Notes: generated by a model not told the origin, from the sequence alone. Shown: positions 12,585-25,817, counted from the first letter of the whole stretch. The stretch is 62,803 nucleotides of DNA, filler included, from Globobulimina sp. (GCA_003354225.1; 17 parts of 17 records of this genome joined end to end with filler, not necessarily neighbours in it); one strand, 5' to 3'. Numbers and translations are program-made.

Positions 12585-12910
12585 AGTGTGTGACAGACTT
12601 GGAGTTGTTGCGGATGGTCGCGGCGTCTTATGTGTTACATTAAATATTTGTGATGGTGGTGCATATAATTTGTCACCATATGATTCTTTGTTTAGTGAAT
12701 TGATTGAATTATTCGGATATAATAATATGATATAAATAATGACTAAGATTAGAGATAATAAATAGTTGAGCGATCTCTACAAGTTTGACTGGCAAGGTGC
12801 CATTGTCATAGTAATTGATTTCTTAGTGTTTTGAAGATATTTTGAACAAGCAATCTGTGCAAGGCTAACTCCGGTAAAGTGAACTTAGTAACAGTATGCA
12901 AATAATTCCA

Positions 12911-14517
12911 ATGGCAACTACGACCTCATTGTCGCAAGATGATAGCAACAGCAATAGCTTGGTATCTATTCAATACGTTCATAATTTGTGTTAATAAACT
13001 ATAAGAGTTATGGTGGACAGTTAGAACCATCGGGAAATCCACAGCCTCAGCGATTAACGTATGTAAATGTGAGCGATTACGATGAGGCAATTAAATTGAA
13101 TGAAGATATTTTTCACGTATTTATATTGCATTTACTAAAGATTTCCAATTGCAAAAGCAATGAGAAAACTATTATATTGGGTACTTCAGCACTCATCGTA
13201 TTCTGTATCCAGTCAATATGCTTATTTGCATTGTCATATTCATATTTTCATGAGTTTGCAGAGCAAGAAGAAGATACAGATACACATAATCCGCTCTCTT
13301 ATGGAGCTAATGCTACAAGTACTGGTCGTCAAGTCATTGGAGATATCATTGTTGATACAGCACGTAATCAGCCAGTTCAATATTTGAGCGTTATAGCCGC
13401 AGTATTCATTATTTCATGTTATTTGTTGCAAATAATACAAACATTTATATCTACACTATCTATGTTTGTCTGTTGTGACGCTATAAACAATTCCTCTTAT
13501 TATTTACTGTCACACTGCGTAATTTCTATGAATTTAGGACTAATATTTAACATTTGGATTTTTTGCACATGCATTATGTGGTTTGGTTTTGATACAATGG
13601 CAACTTCTGATTTGATAGTCATACCATTTGTTGTCATATTAATTCTAGAAATTGACAAGTGGGCATTCCGATGGTTTTTCCCAACGTTCATTGCAGATGC
13701 AATAGATTCAGGATATATTATTGTTAAATACATTGAATATTCCGAGAGTGTGATTGAATTTAGTTTATGTGCAGTGGCAATGTGCATTTCTTGGGTTGTC
13801 TCAATGGATTTCTTCTACGATATGTGTTGGGCTGACGATGGGTTCAAATTCTTACTTATCTCATACATAATCACTATGATAGTGTCTGTTATCTGTCCAG
13901 TTATGGTCAACTATCCACACATATTTGGTGATGCATTGTTTGCTTTGTCATTTTTACCGGCGACATTGGTTAAGTTTATCTCTTTATTTCCTGCTGCGAT
14001 TTAGTTGCATGGCTTGTATGTACAACAATAGATTTTGTCTGCAGTCTTTTCATGGATTATTTTAAACGAATTGGATGAGGTGGATTACACAGGAAATGCA
14101 TGGAAAACTGTGATAGCAGGATCTGTTTAGTATTTTTATTTGATATTTATTGAATACATAATGCAGAATATACTAAAGATTATAGAGTTGGTGGCATTGG
14201 TATTGTGCGTAATGAGTGTTATACTAAAAGATAAAATACGTTATTGGGCACAGACAATCTACCTCATTGTGCCATTGATTTCAATGAGTGGAGCAATCAC
14301 AATCACATGGAGTGGAGATACAAAATTAAGATTCCAATATGATGATGAACTGTACGGATGGTTTCTAATTTGTGTTGCATTCAACATATGTCCAATTACC
14401 GCCGCAGTGTATATTACAAATCATGTGACGGACCATCCACGAATGAAGTTAATTGCACTGTGTTTGTTGCTATTGGCATTATTTGTTGCATACAACATAC
14501 TGTATATGCAATATTGA
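12911..14517 (+). CDS. Multi-exon, multi-pass membrane protein of unknown function
   Basis: ATG 12911; short GT-AG introns near 12962-13005, 13969-14031 and about 14126-14167; many hydrophobic helices. Confidence 0.55.
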
Positions 14518-14587
14518 ATTGGCAGTCTAGGAAATACTTTTAGAATATCTCATATTTGAAACACATCATGTTTTCCACGTGTTTGCA

Positions 14588-14711
14588 CAGTAGTAGAAGA
14601 AGTACAACAAGTTGTAGTGGTAGCAGTAGGAGTAGAAGTTGCGGTAGTAATAGTAGCAGTAGTAGAAGTAGAACTAGTAGTAGTAGCAGCAGTAGTAGGA
14701 GTAGAAGTTGT
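14588..14711. repeat. Degenerate (AGT/AGC/AGA)n trinucleotide microsatellite at contig end
   Basis: Direct reading: agtagtagaagaagt...agtagtagtagcagcagtagtagg. Confidence 0.85.
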
Positions 14712-15196
14712 NNNNNNNNNNNNNNNNNNNNNNNNNNNNNNNNNNNNNNNNNNNNTTAATTAATTAANNNNNNNNNNNNNNNNNNNNNNNNNNNNNNNNN
14801 NNNNNNNNNNNCCTAGGTCGACTTCGAATACTAGGTTGAAACCACTCTAGCTAACCCAAAAACCTTGCCAATCACAAAAGAAGTGTTTGGAAGTTTAAGC
14901 CTAAAAAGTCAAATGCTTATTTTTAATGATAAATTAAGACATATCTTTTTTAATTGTCTTTTTTTTTTTATGATAAATTAACACATATCCTACAAGACGT
15001 TAACGGCAGTCATTATTCAATCGGACCGAACTGGAATATCGGATCGGAGTTCATTCAAAATCAGTATACTTAGTCGATCACTTTTATTCGAGTGGATGGG
15101 AATCGTAATTAATTCCTAAAAATCAAAAAACTGAAAACAAAAACAAAATAATAATAATAGTTAAAAAAAAGTAATAAAATTGAACATCTAAATTAA

Positions 15197-15312
15197 TTCA
15201 AACAAAAAAATATTTTTTTTTTATTTTGTTGGATTATATTTTGACCCATATTGAGATTGAGCATTATTCAAAACAATCCAAAAAAATAAAAAATAAAATA
15301 ATTTTGTTTGAA
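15197..15312. repeat. Imperfect inverted repeat with arms of about 45 bp (MITE-like hairpin)
   Basis: Termini TTCAAACAAAA / TTTTGTTTGAA; inner ttttattttgttggatt pairs with aatccaaaaaaataaaa. Confidence 0.45.
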
Positions 15313-15385
15313 GAAATTTCATTATTTATGACAATTTATCTAATTTAGTATATATAATACATAATAATAATTTAATATGTTACTC

Positions 15386-18197
15386 TCATCGTAATCCATT
15401 TGTGATTACCCTTTCACCATTAACCTCATTTTTAATTTCATCAAAAGAGAGTGTTTCAATATAATCTAAATTTACATCCTCATCATTTCCAATCTTTCTT
15501 TGAATAATTTCATTTTCACATTGATCATTATTGCCTGTTTCAAAAACATCAATAACTCTAAATTTAACTTTGTTATTTCTCTTTTTTTTCACCCACCAAA
15601 TACAACAAATAACCATTACAGAAACCATTAATATAACAATACCAACACATACTAAAATCACTAAATTAATCTCAGATTTGGCTGAATCAACATCCTCCGA
15701 AATTATTTGCTTTGTGCTTGTATATTCTTCACCTTTGTCATTAATAAAAACATTTTTAACCACATGAACCATGGACTGAACGTCTCCAAAATCAGGAACT
15801 TTATGATTTTCATCAATGTCTAATAATCGTCTGCTTCCATCAATTAATGAGATTTGAATTTGGCAATGGATATACAATGAATCTCTCGCAGCCCACGAAG
15901 GGGTTAAAAAACTGTACCTTACGATATTTGTTGCATTGTCAGAATCAATTGGTTGCGCATCAAAATTTAATTGCGATATTCCATTCGACATTACATTTTG
16001 TGTACTTCCGGAATCCACTATGACACTGTCAAAACATCCCGAGAATAATGGGTTACTTTGATCGATTTCAACTTGATTTGCATACATTGGATTAACAGTA
16101 CATATCCATATATTTATCAACGACGCTTCAAATATCGAATATGAGTTATTTGGAATATTAATAATAACCTCACCATAAATAATATCAATTCCACTTAGAA
16201 ATTGATCATTGTTACTGGTTAAGTCATGAAATTGATTATCATTATAAAACAACATAGAACCATCAAAATTTATTTGTCCAACTTTAGTGTTGTTACATTG
16301 AAATGGATCGGTATATGATAAAATAAATTCTAATTCGACAGTATCATTATACGCAGTCATATAATCATCGCATTCTTCTGTTGCATTCACTTCGATGTTA
16401 CAAATTGCAGAGAAATGTAAATGGAATAAACCAGAAAATAATAGCGGACAATCAACACTTGGCATATATGCTTCTGTATATTAAATATATTAAAATTAAA
16501 TATAATGACACGAATAAAATATAATTATTTATTTAAAAACATACCCCAATATTGTGTACATATCGAATCCCGTTCAAATATACATTGTTCCTCATTGACA
16601 TCTCGGATTTGCCATTGATATTTCGGTGATGTGATGATTAATGGAGCTGTTAATTGCATATAATGTGCAATTTGTGTCGATATTCTAATCATATACGAGC
16701 CATATGTACTGTGTGCAAAATCAAATAATCGGTATGCCTGATAAATGGTAATTAAAAATCGGTATACCAGATTCGTGGAATCAATGACATCCACATATCG
16801 AGATACTTTAATTGCAAATGATTTTTGCAACACAGGTTGGACATAATAGACATTGAGTTCCTCATTATTCGACTTTGGGGAAACCAAATCAATATAAAAT
16901 CGCCCAGATAATGTAATAAAGTCCGAATCAATGCCTACATCCATCAATTTAGCATCTTCATTGTCCACACATTGGGTTAACTCAATCCAATCAAAATTTG
17001 CTACATATTTAACGAATGCACACTCAGTCCATGGATTCCCTGCGTCCATTGTCAATGCCCATTTGTTTCCTATTTATAATTAGATAAAGAACATATTTTA
17101 TGTAGTTTGAAAAAAAAAATATTAATAGATTTGAGTTTTAGTTTGTATCTAGGGAATGTTACGTAATTTGTTAGGGAGTATACAATGTTAAATGTTAACC
17201 TGATGGCGGATATGCTAAATAATCGGTTGTGCCGTAATGATGCAATTGATATGGTTTGGTGCTGTATGACCAATATTCAGCAAATGTTTTATTCACAAAG
17301 GACTCTGGTAATCTATTCGCACAATTTCTTGCCTCATTAATTCGGTCATTAAATGCATCAAAAGGTGCGAAATCTAATACATATGTACTCCCCAAACCAT
17401 ACACAGATTTTGCACTTGAAAAGCCAATGTATTGCAAAGTTGCTTCAAATGTAACAGATAAATCTGATGGATTTATGTTAATATTATACGAAAACGCAGG
17501 CTGTTGTGTAGTTGACGTGTCATCCCAATCGTGATGGTAAATATATCCTCGTTCTTCACAATCGTCGCCATATGCGGTTGGACTAAATGTTGGTGCTGCT
17601 GATGGTGCCGCAGTTGGTGCCGTAGTAACTGTATATTTATATAAAAGATAGAATATCAAACCAATATCGTATATGTATTGAATATAATATAGATCGAGTA
17701 CTAAACGTGGATTACAAATTGCATAATATTTACCAAGACAATTCAAGGTGTAATAATATCCGCTAGAACTAGTGTGAAATGCAACACATGCATCTGTAGT
17801 AATACTTGGCTGACTAGTGTACCACATGTAATATGTTGATGAATGCTCTCCCACCCAATACCAACAGCCATCGCAGCTATCTTGTGTTGTTAACCCTATC
17901 CAACAATAAGTGTTCCCAGTGGAACATAATTGATCAACTAAGGCTCTATCCGCAGAATCTTGAATTGTGGCTAATGAACTCCCATAATCTTCACATGCTT
18001 GTTTAGCTTCAGACCACGTATATGTGGTTGCGGATAATTTTGTGTAATAAGGCATTGATGATAAAACTATATTGGATTTATATTCATATGTATGTATTAT
18101 TATTATTATTGTATTATTAAAGGACAAATGAAAATATATCTTAACTGGCTGTGATGAACGCCATATATATAATTAAGAGTACACGCCAGAACTCCAT
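15386..18197 (-). CDS. Type I membrane protein with N-terminal C-type lectin domain (multi-exon)
   Basis: Signal peptide MEFWRVLLIIYMAFITA is spliced to the CTL domain (TWSEAKQAC..LATI..CWIGL..QPS..CV..C..AICN). Then a TAAPSAAPT linker, a large Cys-containing ectodomain, RRLL motif, TM and KKKR stop-transfer. Confidence 0.75.
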
Positions 18198-18513
18198 TAT
18201 TATATTTGAGCTTTGGGAAGGAATTCTTTTGGTTTTTTATTTTACAATTAAACTGATTTAATTTCAAGACGAAGGGTAAAGGATGCTGCAAACTGAAGCA
18301 AACACAGAGTTACTTAGAGGAAAAAAACAGCTTAAATAATCGTTAAATTCTTATTTGGGTAAATATTTGCCCCAAACTGAACGAGAGAAAAAGTTATGTT
18401 CCATTGTGACAGCNNNNNNNNNNNNNNNNNNNNNNNNNNNNNNNNNNNNNNNNNNNNTTAATTAATTAANNNNNNNNNNNNNNNNNNNNNNNNNNNNNNN
18501 NNNNNNNNNNNNN

Positions 18514-19094
18514 AAGAGTTGCGGTTTGCAGCACAGAAAGTGTTTGGAATTCGCAACAAACACATTGGAATAATAAATGATGGAGAAAACCTAAGAGATG
18601 ATATAAAAGAATATTGGAACAGTGATATTATCATAAAATATGTGAATGAGTACATTGAACGGAATAAGATTGACATTATAGTTACATTTGATGAATATGG
18701 AATATCCGGACATCCAAATCATATCTCAATTTATAATGCACTGCAAAAGGCAATAAATCAACAATTACTATCACTGAATTCAGACACAAATATCATTGAT
18801 GTGTATTCGTTGAAATCCACCTCCATTGTCAGGAAATACTGTGCCTGGTTTGAAGCAATGTTATGGCTCATTATATTTGTGCCGCTAAATCTAAATATCA
18901 ATCAATCGGATTTTGTGATATTATCCGCACCAAACAAATGTTGGGAGGCTATGACACATCATTCCTCACAATTTGTATGGTTTAGAAAGTTATCGGTTGT
19001 GTTTTCAAGGTACGGATGGATCAATCAATTCCATCAAATACTTCCGCAAAATATACAAACTCAAAAGAGCAATGAAAATAAAAAACGTAGATAA
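18514..19094 (+). CDS. PIGL: N-acetylglucosaminyl-PI de-N-acetylase (PIG-L), 3' part
   Basis: IIVTFDEYGISGHPNH and AMTHHSSQFVWFRKLSVVFSRY are PIG-L/GPI12 motifs. Confidence 0.9.
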
Positions 19095-19113
19095 TCCAAA
19101 CTTCAGTCAAACA

Positions 19114-20409
19114 ATGTCTTTGCTCTTTTTAATTCTGCAGCTGCTCACTAAATATTTCAAACTAAGCAACACAGCCTGTTTTGGGCAAAGCTCCGTAAAA
19201 ATTCCTCACCAATCTAATAGCACTCAAATATTGTTGATTATGGACGACAAGAAATTGCAATATATTGATGCATATAGTCTGGATGCATGGACATTGGATC
19301 TGCATCTTGTAAACGATACATATTCACCTAAATGGAAGCAATTCAATATCACAAATATTAACAACATCTCTATTTATGACAACTCCATTGTCCGCTCGCA
19401 ACATTATACAACTACCAATCACATGACATACATATTACATCCTGCGTCAGAATCATTGTTTTTATACAACTCTACATCTCACAAATTGCACAAAGCCTCG
19501 AATGAATCATGGATTTTATATCCTCATCTCTCTGCATTTTGTGTCACCAATAATAAGACCCATTTGTTTGTGATGGGTGGAATGTCCGTCAATTCATCGT
19601 CAGCTAAATTGTATGTACTTATATCTGAATATGTTGCTCTTACAAATTAATTCAAAAACGTTTTTCAAAGTCATTCAACATTATCAATATTCAACACACA
19701 AACTACACAATGGTCAGTCGGGAAGAATATGAGCAGCACTCGACTTGGCCATGGATGCAACTATGATGGCAATGATTATATCTATGTTTATGGCGGATGG
19801 AGTGACATATTTGACTACGCACATTTTATTGACAGATATAGTATTCGGCAGAATAAATGGGAACAGTTTATGGATTATAGCAATGTGATCGGAACAGATG
19901 TATACAGCGGCTTTTCTCGACAATGCATTTCCACCACAAACTACCCATTGCACTCAAGCACATGTGTCGAATATGCAAATGTTAAACATAATGGATTTAA
20001 TGGCGAGATATCTGTTGTAAATCATCAAGAAAAATTAGCCATGAATACAATCTATAAAATGAATAATTTCTTAGGAATGGTGTTGTTGGATGTTGGTCGC
20101 TTTGCAAATAACTATAGTTTGTTATTATTATTTGGAGGCGATCCGCAACAGAATGCAATGTACAGTTTAATTGATAGAAAAGATGGAGGAATGGATTGCT
20201 ATTTTGCAGCACAGGAAGCTCCATCAAAAGAGGTAGCGGATAATTCAAAATATGCTCTTGTTGCAGTGGCCATATTTTTATTCATTGGATTCTTTTTAGT
20301 GCTAAGTTTCAAGTCTTTGTATCAAAAGAAAGCATTTCAGAAAGTAGAAACAAGTGATTCTGATCAAGAAAATACAAACTTCTGTATATGCTGTTGTTGT
20401 GTGTTATAA
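19114..20409 (+). CDS. Kelch/beta-propeller type I membrane protein (intron about 19613-19670)
   Basis: Signal peptide; Kelch-like LFVMGG, HGCNY..IYVYGG..DRYSIRQNKW, LLLFGG; C-terminal TM and Cys-rich tail CICCCCVL. Confidence 0.7.
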
Positions 20410-21005
20410 TTTGAGACAGTAAATAAACAACGAAAAAAAAAGAAGATATGTGTACATAAGATTTGATAAGAAAGCACATATTGATGGTGTTATAAATGAA
20501 TGCGATGTTATTGGTGATGAATGTGTAAATCCAACAATGTCTTTAGATTATGACCTGAAAGTGAATATTTAGTGATAAAAGGCGAGCGGATGTCAGTGTT
20601 TGGTCACACATTCATTCCACAATCAATAATGCTTATTGTTATTAATCTATATGCCACCGCATATCTTCTTGTTTTAATGGACATTCCACAAAATGATATT
20701 TAAGCGTTAACAATTTTGACATTGTTCATTTATGGGAAAGATTGATCTGCAAATGATTTGTGTATACGATGATTATACGTGTTTCAAATTATTCGCAGTA
20801 TGCATTAAAAAATATAAAAAACGACCATGTGATAACCTCTCCATAGGTTTAATTTTAAAGATACATATAAGAAAACACTACAAATGTTATTGATATATCG
20901 AACGTTTCTCAAATTAAATTTGAAAGTGTCATGTTTTAATAACACACACACCGTAAAAAAAAGTAGCGAGAAGGAATAAAAGATAGAAGAATATATAAGT
21001 AAAAA

Positions 21006-22115
21006 TTATATAAAATCACTTTGAGCTATTCGTAATTTTGGAAGGTTATTATTTCCTGTACTCGTTACAGGATCACTCTGATTCGTACTATTAATTAAAA
21101 CTGATTTTAATTGCGACACATTGTTTTTTGTAATATTGGATGCTTTTGTATTTGTAATCAATGGATTGCTAACAGCATAAACACGAGACCCTAAATCCAA
21201 TGGCGTAGCTCCTACACCATGGCCAATATTAATATTAATAGGATTTGATGCATTGTTGGTTAGTCCGATATTAATATTATAAGTTGGTTGTATACCATTT
21301 GTTGTTAAGTACGTTCCGGATCCAATGGTCACTGTATTTTCTGTAGGTTTTTGTTGCTGAGTTCTATGATTAGATTGTAACTCCATTTTAGATCTGGACT
21401 GACCAATGGATGGTAGCCACCATTTTTGACACAAACTATGTGCTTTAAAACATATCTTATCATAAACTGATGTATTAAATGAAAATAATAATGAAATGCA
21501 AAATGTTGTAACAGTAATATCAATGACTAATGTTTCCGGATAATTGAACTGCGGCAACACTCGAAATATTAATGTTGAGACAGTAAATACAATCGATGAT
21601 GTAATAGCAATTGGCACTAAAATACCATTTTTAATTGCAATGTAAAGCAATTCCATGTCAATCATTGCTTGTGTTGGTGGCTCATTTTTTGTTGTTTCTG
21701 ATACGGATGAACTGTTTGATGAAGACCAGATGATTAAAGTTCTAATTTTGGACACAAATAACACAACCAATGCAACTGAGAGTAAGATATAGCTTAAAAT
21801 CCATGTTGCGCCCAATAATGATATTAATGCCGCACTGCCTTAGCCAGAGATAATTGCATTGAGTGAGAATATTGCCAAGCCGCTGACTAATGAAAATATC
21901 CACGAATACATTAACGATCTGCTGGTACAGTTTGAAATTTGTAATGTTGAATGTTGAAATATAAAACGAATGCGATATATGAATGTCAATAACATTGATT
22001 CTTGGCCGAATATATAACACGCGGTTCCCAGTGAACGTAAACCAAACGATCCATTCTCGGATATCAATAAAGTGATGGAATAACAAAATAAACTCAATCC
22101 AGCGATGAAAAAAAA
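21006..22115 (-). CDS. Multi-pass (GPCR-like) membrane protein with in-frame TAA at 21840-21842; 5' truncated
   Basis: ORFs 21840..22097 and 21006..21815 are in the same frame, separated by one TAA (IISG*GSAALISLLG); serial TM helices and a long Asn/Thr-rich tail. Confidence 0.55.
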
Positions 22116-22269
22116 NNNNNNNNNNNNNNNNNNNNNNNNNNNNNNNNNNNNNNNNNNNNTTAATTAATTAANNNNNNNNNNNNNNNNNNNNNNNNNNNNN
22201 NNNNNNNNNNNNNNNAGAATCTGAAAAACCATATGTAGGCTCTGTATCTCCACTTCTATTGTAATACGA

Positions 22270-22560
22270 CATGTCCAATTCGGTTAATTGTTTACCCTGA
22301 TCGTCCTGGGCAACCCAACCACTACGGGTGGTCACATCGTAGCTGACGTCTACAAAGTCGATGTTTGCGAGAAAAGCAACACGTTCACTACCCGCATGGA
22401 AGGCTAACCCACCTTTAAAACCGGTGTTGCCAGACAGGTCGACTTGGCCATTACCCGTGTTATTCGTTAGGGGATCCCATTTCGCATCCGATAAACCTAC
22501 TATGCCAATATGGGGACCTATGCGTAGGCGTCCGTCTGCGATCTTGAAAAGAGCGCCTGC
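22270..22560 (-). CDS. Bacterial-like fragment, probably an outer-membrane beta-barrel protein (chimeric join)
   Basis: About 50% GC against the AT-rich host. The minus frame is open: AGALFKIADGRLRIGPHIGIVGLSDAKW...GFKGGLAFHAG..FLANIDFVDVSYDV, with alternating amphipathic beta strands. Not listed in the ORF track. Confidence 0.45.
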
Positions 22561-23071
22561 ATCTGTTGCTCTTGTGAGTGGTTATATGAGATCAGCATTT
22601 ATTCATCATCTACCAAAAGATATTTATGGTTTATGTTTATCATACTATTCAATTATACAACATTATACAAACGAATGTGCAGAATATATCCATATGCGAT
22701 ATTCCGATGCGATTAGAAGCAAAAATGTTTTTGAATTTGAATTTCCTCCATTTGGTTTAAAAATACTTGAATTGGAAGTTAGCGCAATAGCATCTGATCA
22801 AAATTGGGGAAATACAGGATGGGATTATTTCAATTTAACCATCAAAAAATTAAATAATGATAAAAAAAGTTTTCCTTTGTTTTCCATTAATCATGATAAA
22901 CATCCCGGATTTTATAGATATTCAATGAAATACACTCATCATAAAGATTCGCACAAATTGGGTTTGGTTGAAGGTGGCGACAAATTAATTGTAGCGTGTC
23001 ATTGTGCTCATTGGCGAGGATGGGAATTAAAAGTAAAAAATGTTCAAATCAAAGTGATTTATGAAGAGTGA
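22560..23071 (+). CDS. Hypothetical protist protein (5' end replaced by the bacterial fragment)
   Basis: ALVSGYMR...LPKDIYGLCLSYY, a motif type common in foraminiferan proteins, followed by a beta-rich domain (ASDQNWG..W; HWRGWEL). Confidence 0.55.
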
Positions 23072-23632
23072 CCATCTAAACCAAAATGAATCTTTCCATA
23101 AATAGAAACATCTTTCCACAAAATGAATGTTTATGGAAACATACTAAATAGAAGACGATAATAACAATGTTTGTCGGTTACCGCAGATGGATCTCTTAAC
23201 GATACTGTATATTCCAAAAGATAACCCTCCACCCCCTGGTCGATAAGTTGTATACATTTGATTCAATTATCTGAGAAACGCTTTGCTATAGATTTGTCTT
23301 GGGTTTGTTCTGTGTTTGTTATAACTTTGTCTTGGGTTTGCAAATCCAACTTCGTAGTTTCACAGTTGTCCCAACATGCACACCGTCAGATTTGAAAGAA
23401 AGAGTGGCATCTGACGGTTTGCTTCTGACGCTGAACCATAAAAATTCACAAGTTTGTACCGCCAAACGATCTGACAAACCAAAAAATGTATAGCGATTTT
23501 CAAAAAATACATTACATATAAATTGAATTACATCGAAACGAGTGGAGATATTCTTTAATGCTTTTTATTATTCGACTGGTTAATTGTAAGTAATTTGAGT
23601 GGTTAATTAAAAATTAAATATTTTATGCAATC

Positions 23633-25111
23633 TCAATGGGATAAGAGATAATCGATGATATGTTGGACATTCATTTTTCGTTTGTTAATAGTCATTGAAG
23701 TCAAAGTCAAATTTGTCACTGAATTTTGTATAAAATGATGATTTTGTGGATACCATATCTCGCCATTTATCATCTCATTCAAATCATTCCATGGCCCCCA
23801 CATCGGCAATATCACATTATTCGTATTTGCTTGGCCTGCTTCTTCACAAAACGTCGACATGGAACATATCAACACCGGCGCATGCACCATACGATAAAAA
23901 TCAACATTCAATGGATTATTCCCATTAATTGTAATATTTGCTGGAGATACCAAACTTTGCAACGCCTCCACGTATTTATAAACAACCTGACGACATCCAT
24001 TCAGATTTTTCCTTTCCAGATTTTGTTCCCCCAATAAAACATCCGCTCGCAATGAATTTTCACCCAACTGAGAGACAAAGAATATTCGAGTGTCACTCTC
24101 AAATGGCATATCCAACTCATTTTGAATCAGATCAAAAGCAATTTTAAAATATGATATTGTCATGAATCCATATTCCGAACCTCCAGCACTCAGAATATCC
24201 CCGCATCGGAAATGAATAACAATGTCTTTGTTAGAGTTGAACACTGCATCCGGCAAAGTATTTTTGTTATGTTCCACAGGGTCGAAATATAAATCCAATG
24301 CATGACTGGTCTCAGTGATCAATATGTTCATAAAAATACGGTTATAATAAAATAAGCGATACAATGATTTGTATAGATATTTTTTAGGTCCATCTTTGTC
24401 AATTTGTATGATGCTTTGTGTGATCCAGAGATATATTCTGTTCCTGTCTATATTGCTCAGTTTATATTCAACTGTATCATAAATTGATGTGTTGGCATGT
24501 TTTGGCAGATAAAAGCTCCAATATTTTTTAGCTGTGTTGTTATTGAAATATTTGTCAAACATTTCAGTGATGGTAGCCTCGTCTTGCCAGCATCTGCGAT
24601 CTGCGTCATTTTGGACCATTTGAAAATTGTATCCCAGCCAAAATGCAATAGATCTGGCTGCCCAATATTGTGCTAAAAAGTTGCCAATTCCTGCTTTGTT
24701 TATACCGGAACAATGGATAATTTGCGGATTGTTGTAGTTATGATCAAAATAAATGTAATTAAAACGCAATTTATAGTTAAATGACATAAAATCAATGTAT
24801 GGAGTGAGGAATTTATTCGTTGATTTTTCCGATTTAAATATCTTGCTTTGGTAATATGGAGCGTCTAGAAATGATAATGCATTTTGAGTGTACTTTGCAT
24901 TGTCGACATGTGTTTCTTTATAGATACTTTGTTCTATAACGATAGTATTATTAGATGGGTCTTTTTGACATGGATCAATTTCTTTTATGTTAATATGTTC
25001 AATGAAAGGGATATTGGCAAAGGGGTGAAAGTACAATTCAATTTGGATATGAATAATTAAAAATACAATTAATATTAATATCACAATAAAATATTTCCAG
25101 TAGGCTTCCAT
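23633..25111 (-). CDS. GT11-like (alpha-1,2-fucosyltransferase-like) type II membrane glycosyltransferase
   Basis: N-terminal TM; GIGNFLAQY (cf. GLGNQMFQY); VIHFRCGD (cf. HVRRGD); DFYRMVHAPVLICSMSTF. Confidence 0.65.
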   Translation of the reverse strand: MEAYWKYFIVILILIVFLIIHIQIELYFHPFANIPFIEHINIKEIDPCQKDPSNNTIVIEQSIYKETHVDNAKYTQNALSFLDAPYYQSKIFKSEKSTNKFLTPYIDFMSFNYKLRFNYIYFDHNYNNPQIIHCSGINKAGIGNFLAQYWAARSIAFWLGYNFQMVQNDADRRCWQDEATITEMFDKYFNNNTAKKYWSFYLPKHANTSIYDTVEYKLSNIDRNRIYLWITQSIIQIDKDGPKKYLYKSLYRLFYYNRIFMNILITETSHALDLYFDPVEHNKNTLPDAVFNSNKDIVIHFRCGDILSAGGSEYGFMTISYFKIAFDLIQNELDMPFESDTRIFFVSQLGENSLRADVLLGEQNLERKNLNGCRQVVYKYVEALQSLVSPANITINGNNPLNVDFYRMVHAPVLICSMSTFCEEAGQANTNNVILPMWGPWNDLNEMINGEIWYPQNHHFIQNSVTNLTLTSMTINKRKMNVQHIIDYLLSH

Positions 25112-25298
25112 ATTCTGAGCAAATGATACTATGAAAAAAAACGCTTTAGTTTTTACTTACTTTAAGAGCAAAATGCGAACGATGAAAGAGCAGAGACTAT
25201 TTCGTTGTAACTTTAAAACAAAGGCTTCCCATTAATTATAAAATAAATGAACACAAAATTGCACACTATATACGTGTAATAAAAGAAAACATAAGTAA

Positions 25299-25817
25299 TT
25301 ATATTTTATAATCATTAATATTCATAACTAGGTCAGTTGCACTCATATTATGTATAGAATCCAATGTATGGTATGTATATTTCTTTCGATTTAAATCCTT
25401 CAACATTGGTGTCAGCATTGTATGATATTGTTCATTATTTGACATTTGCTGAGTGCTTGTACTGCTCATATTATCTGACTCATGCGACATACATTCAATC
25501 TTCTCATCTCTCCACTTATTCATGGTGACAGTCAACAAACTGATTACAACCAATAATACCGTCGCAGTCATCAATAATATAATTGATTCTGTCTCAAACG
25601 TAATCGTATAATATTCCAAACTCAGCGGTCCTATAATGATGCTCTGTGATATGAATACAAAAATGCAATTCAACATTGACACAATGCCGGAAGCGCGCGG
25701 CTGTTGTAAGGCCGGTGTAACTTCGACGTGCAATATCATCAAACCAATGACAGTGCCTTCATGTCCAATAAAATAGAAAATCATCACCAATGCCATCACT
25801 GTCTCATGTTTTAATAA
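25299..25817 (-). CDS. MFS-type transporter, C-terminal fragment
   Basis: TM helices with EVTPALQQPRASGIVSM, typical of the MFS TM10-11 loop. Confidence 0.5.
   Translation of the reverse strand, partial: LLKHETVMALVMIFYFIGHEGTVIGLMILHVEVTPALQQPRASGIVSMLNCIFVFISQSIIIGPLSLEYYTITFETESIILLMTATVLLVVISLLTVTMNKWRDEKIECMSHESDNMSSTSTQQMSNNEQYHTMLTPMLKDLNRKKYTYHTLDSIHNMSATDLVMNINDYKI

Noticed and set aside
14556-14759. Ser/Arg-rich protein ORF
   Set aside because: It is the translation of a trinucleotide microsatellite running into the N spacer.
21840-21842. Ciliate-type genetic code (TAA/TAG = Gln)
   Set aside because: Many long ORFs in the window lack in-frame TAA/TAG, and conserved genes (HDAC, NAA30) end at TAA; one case is insufficient.
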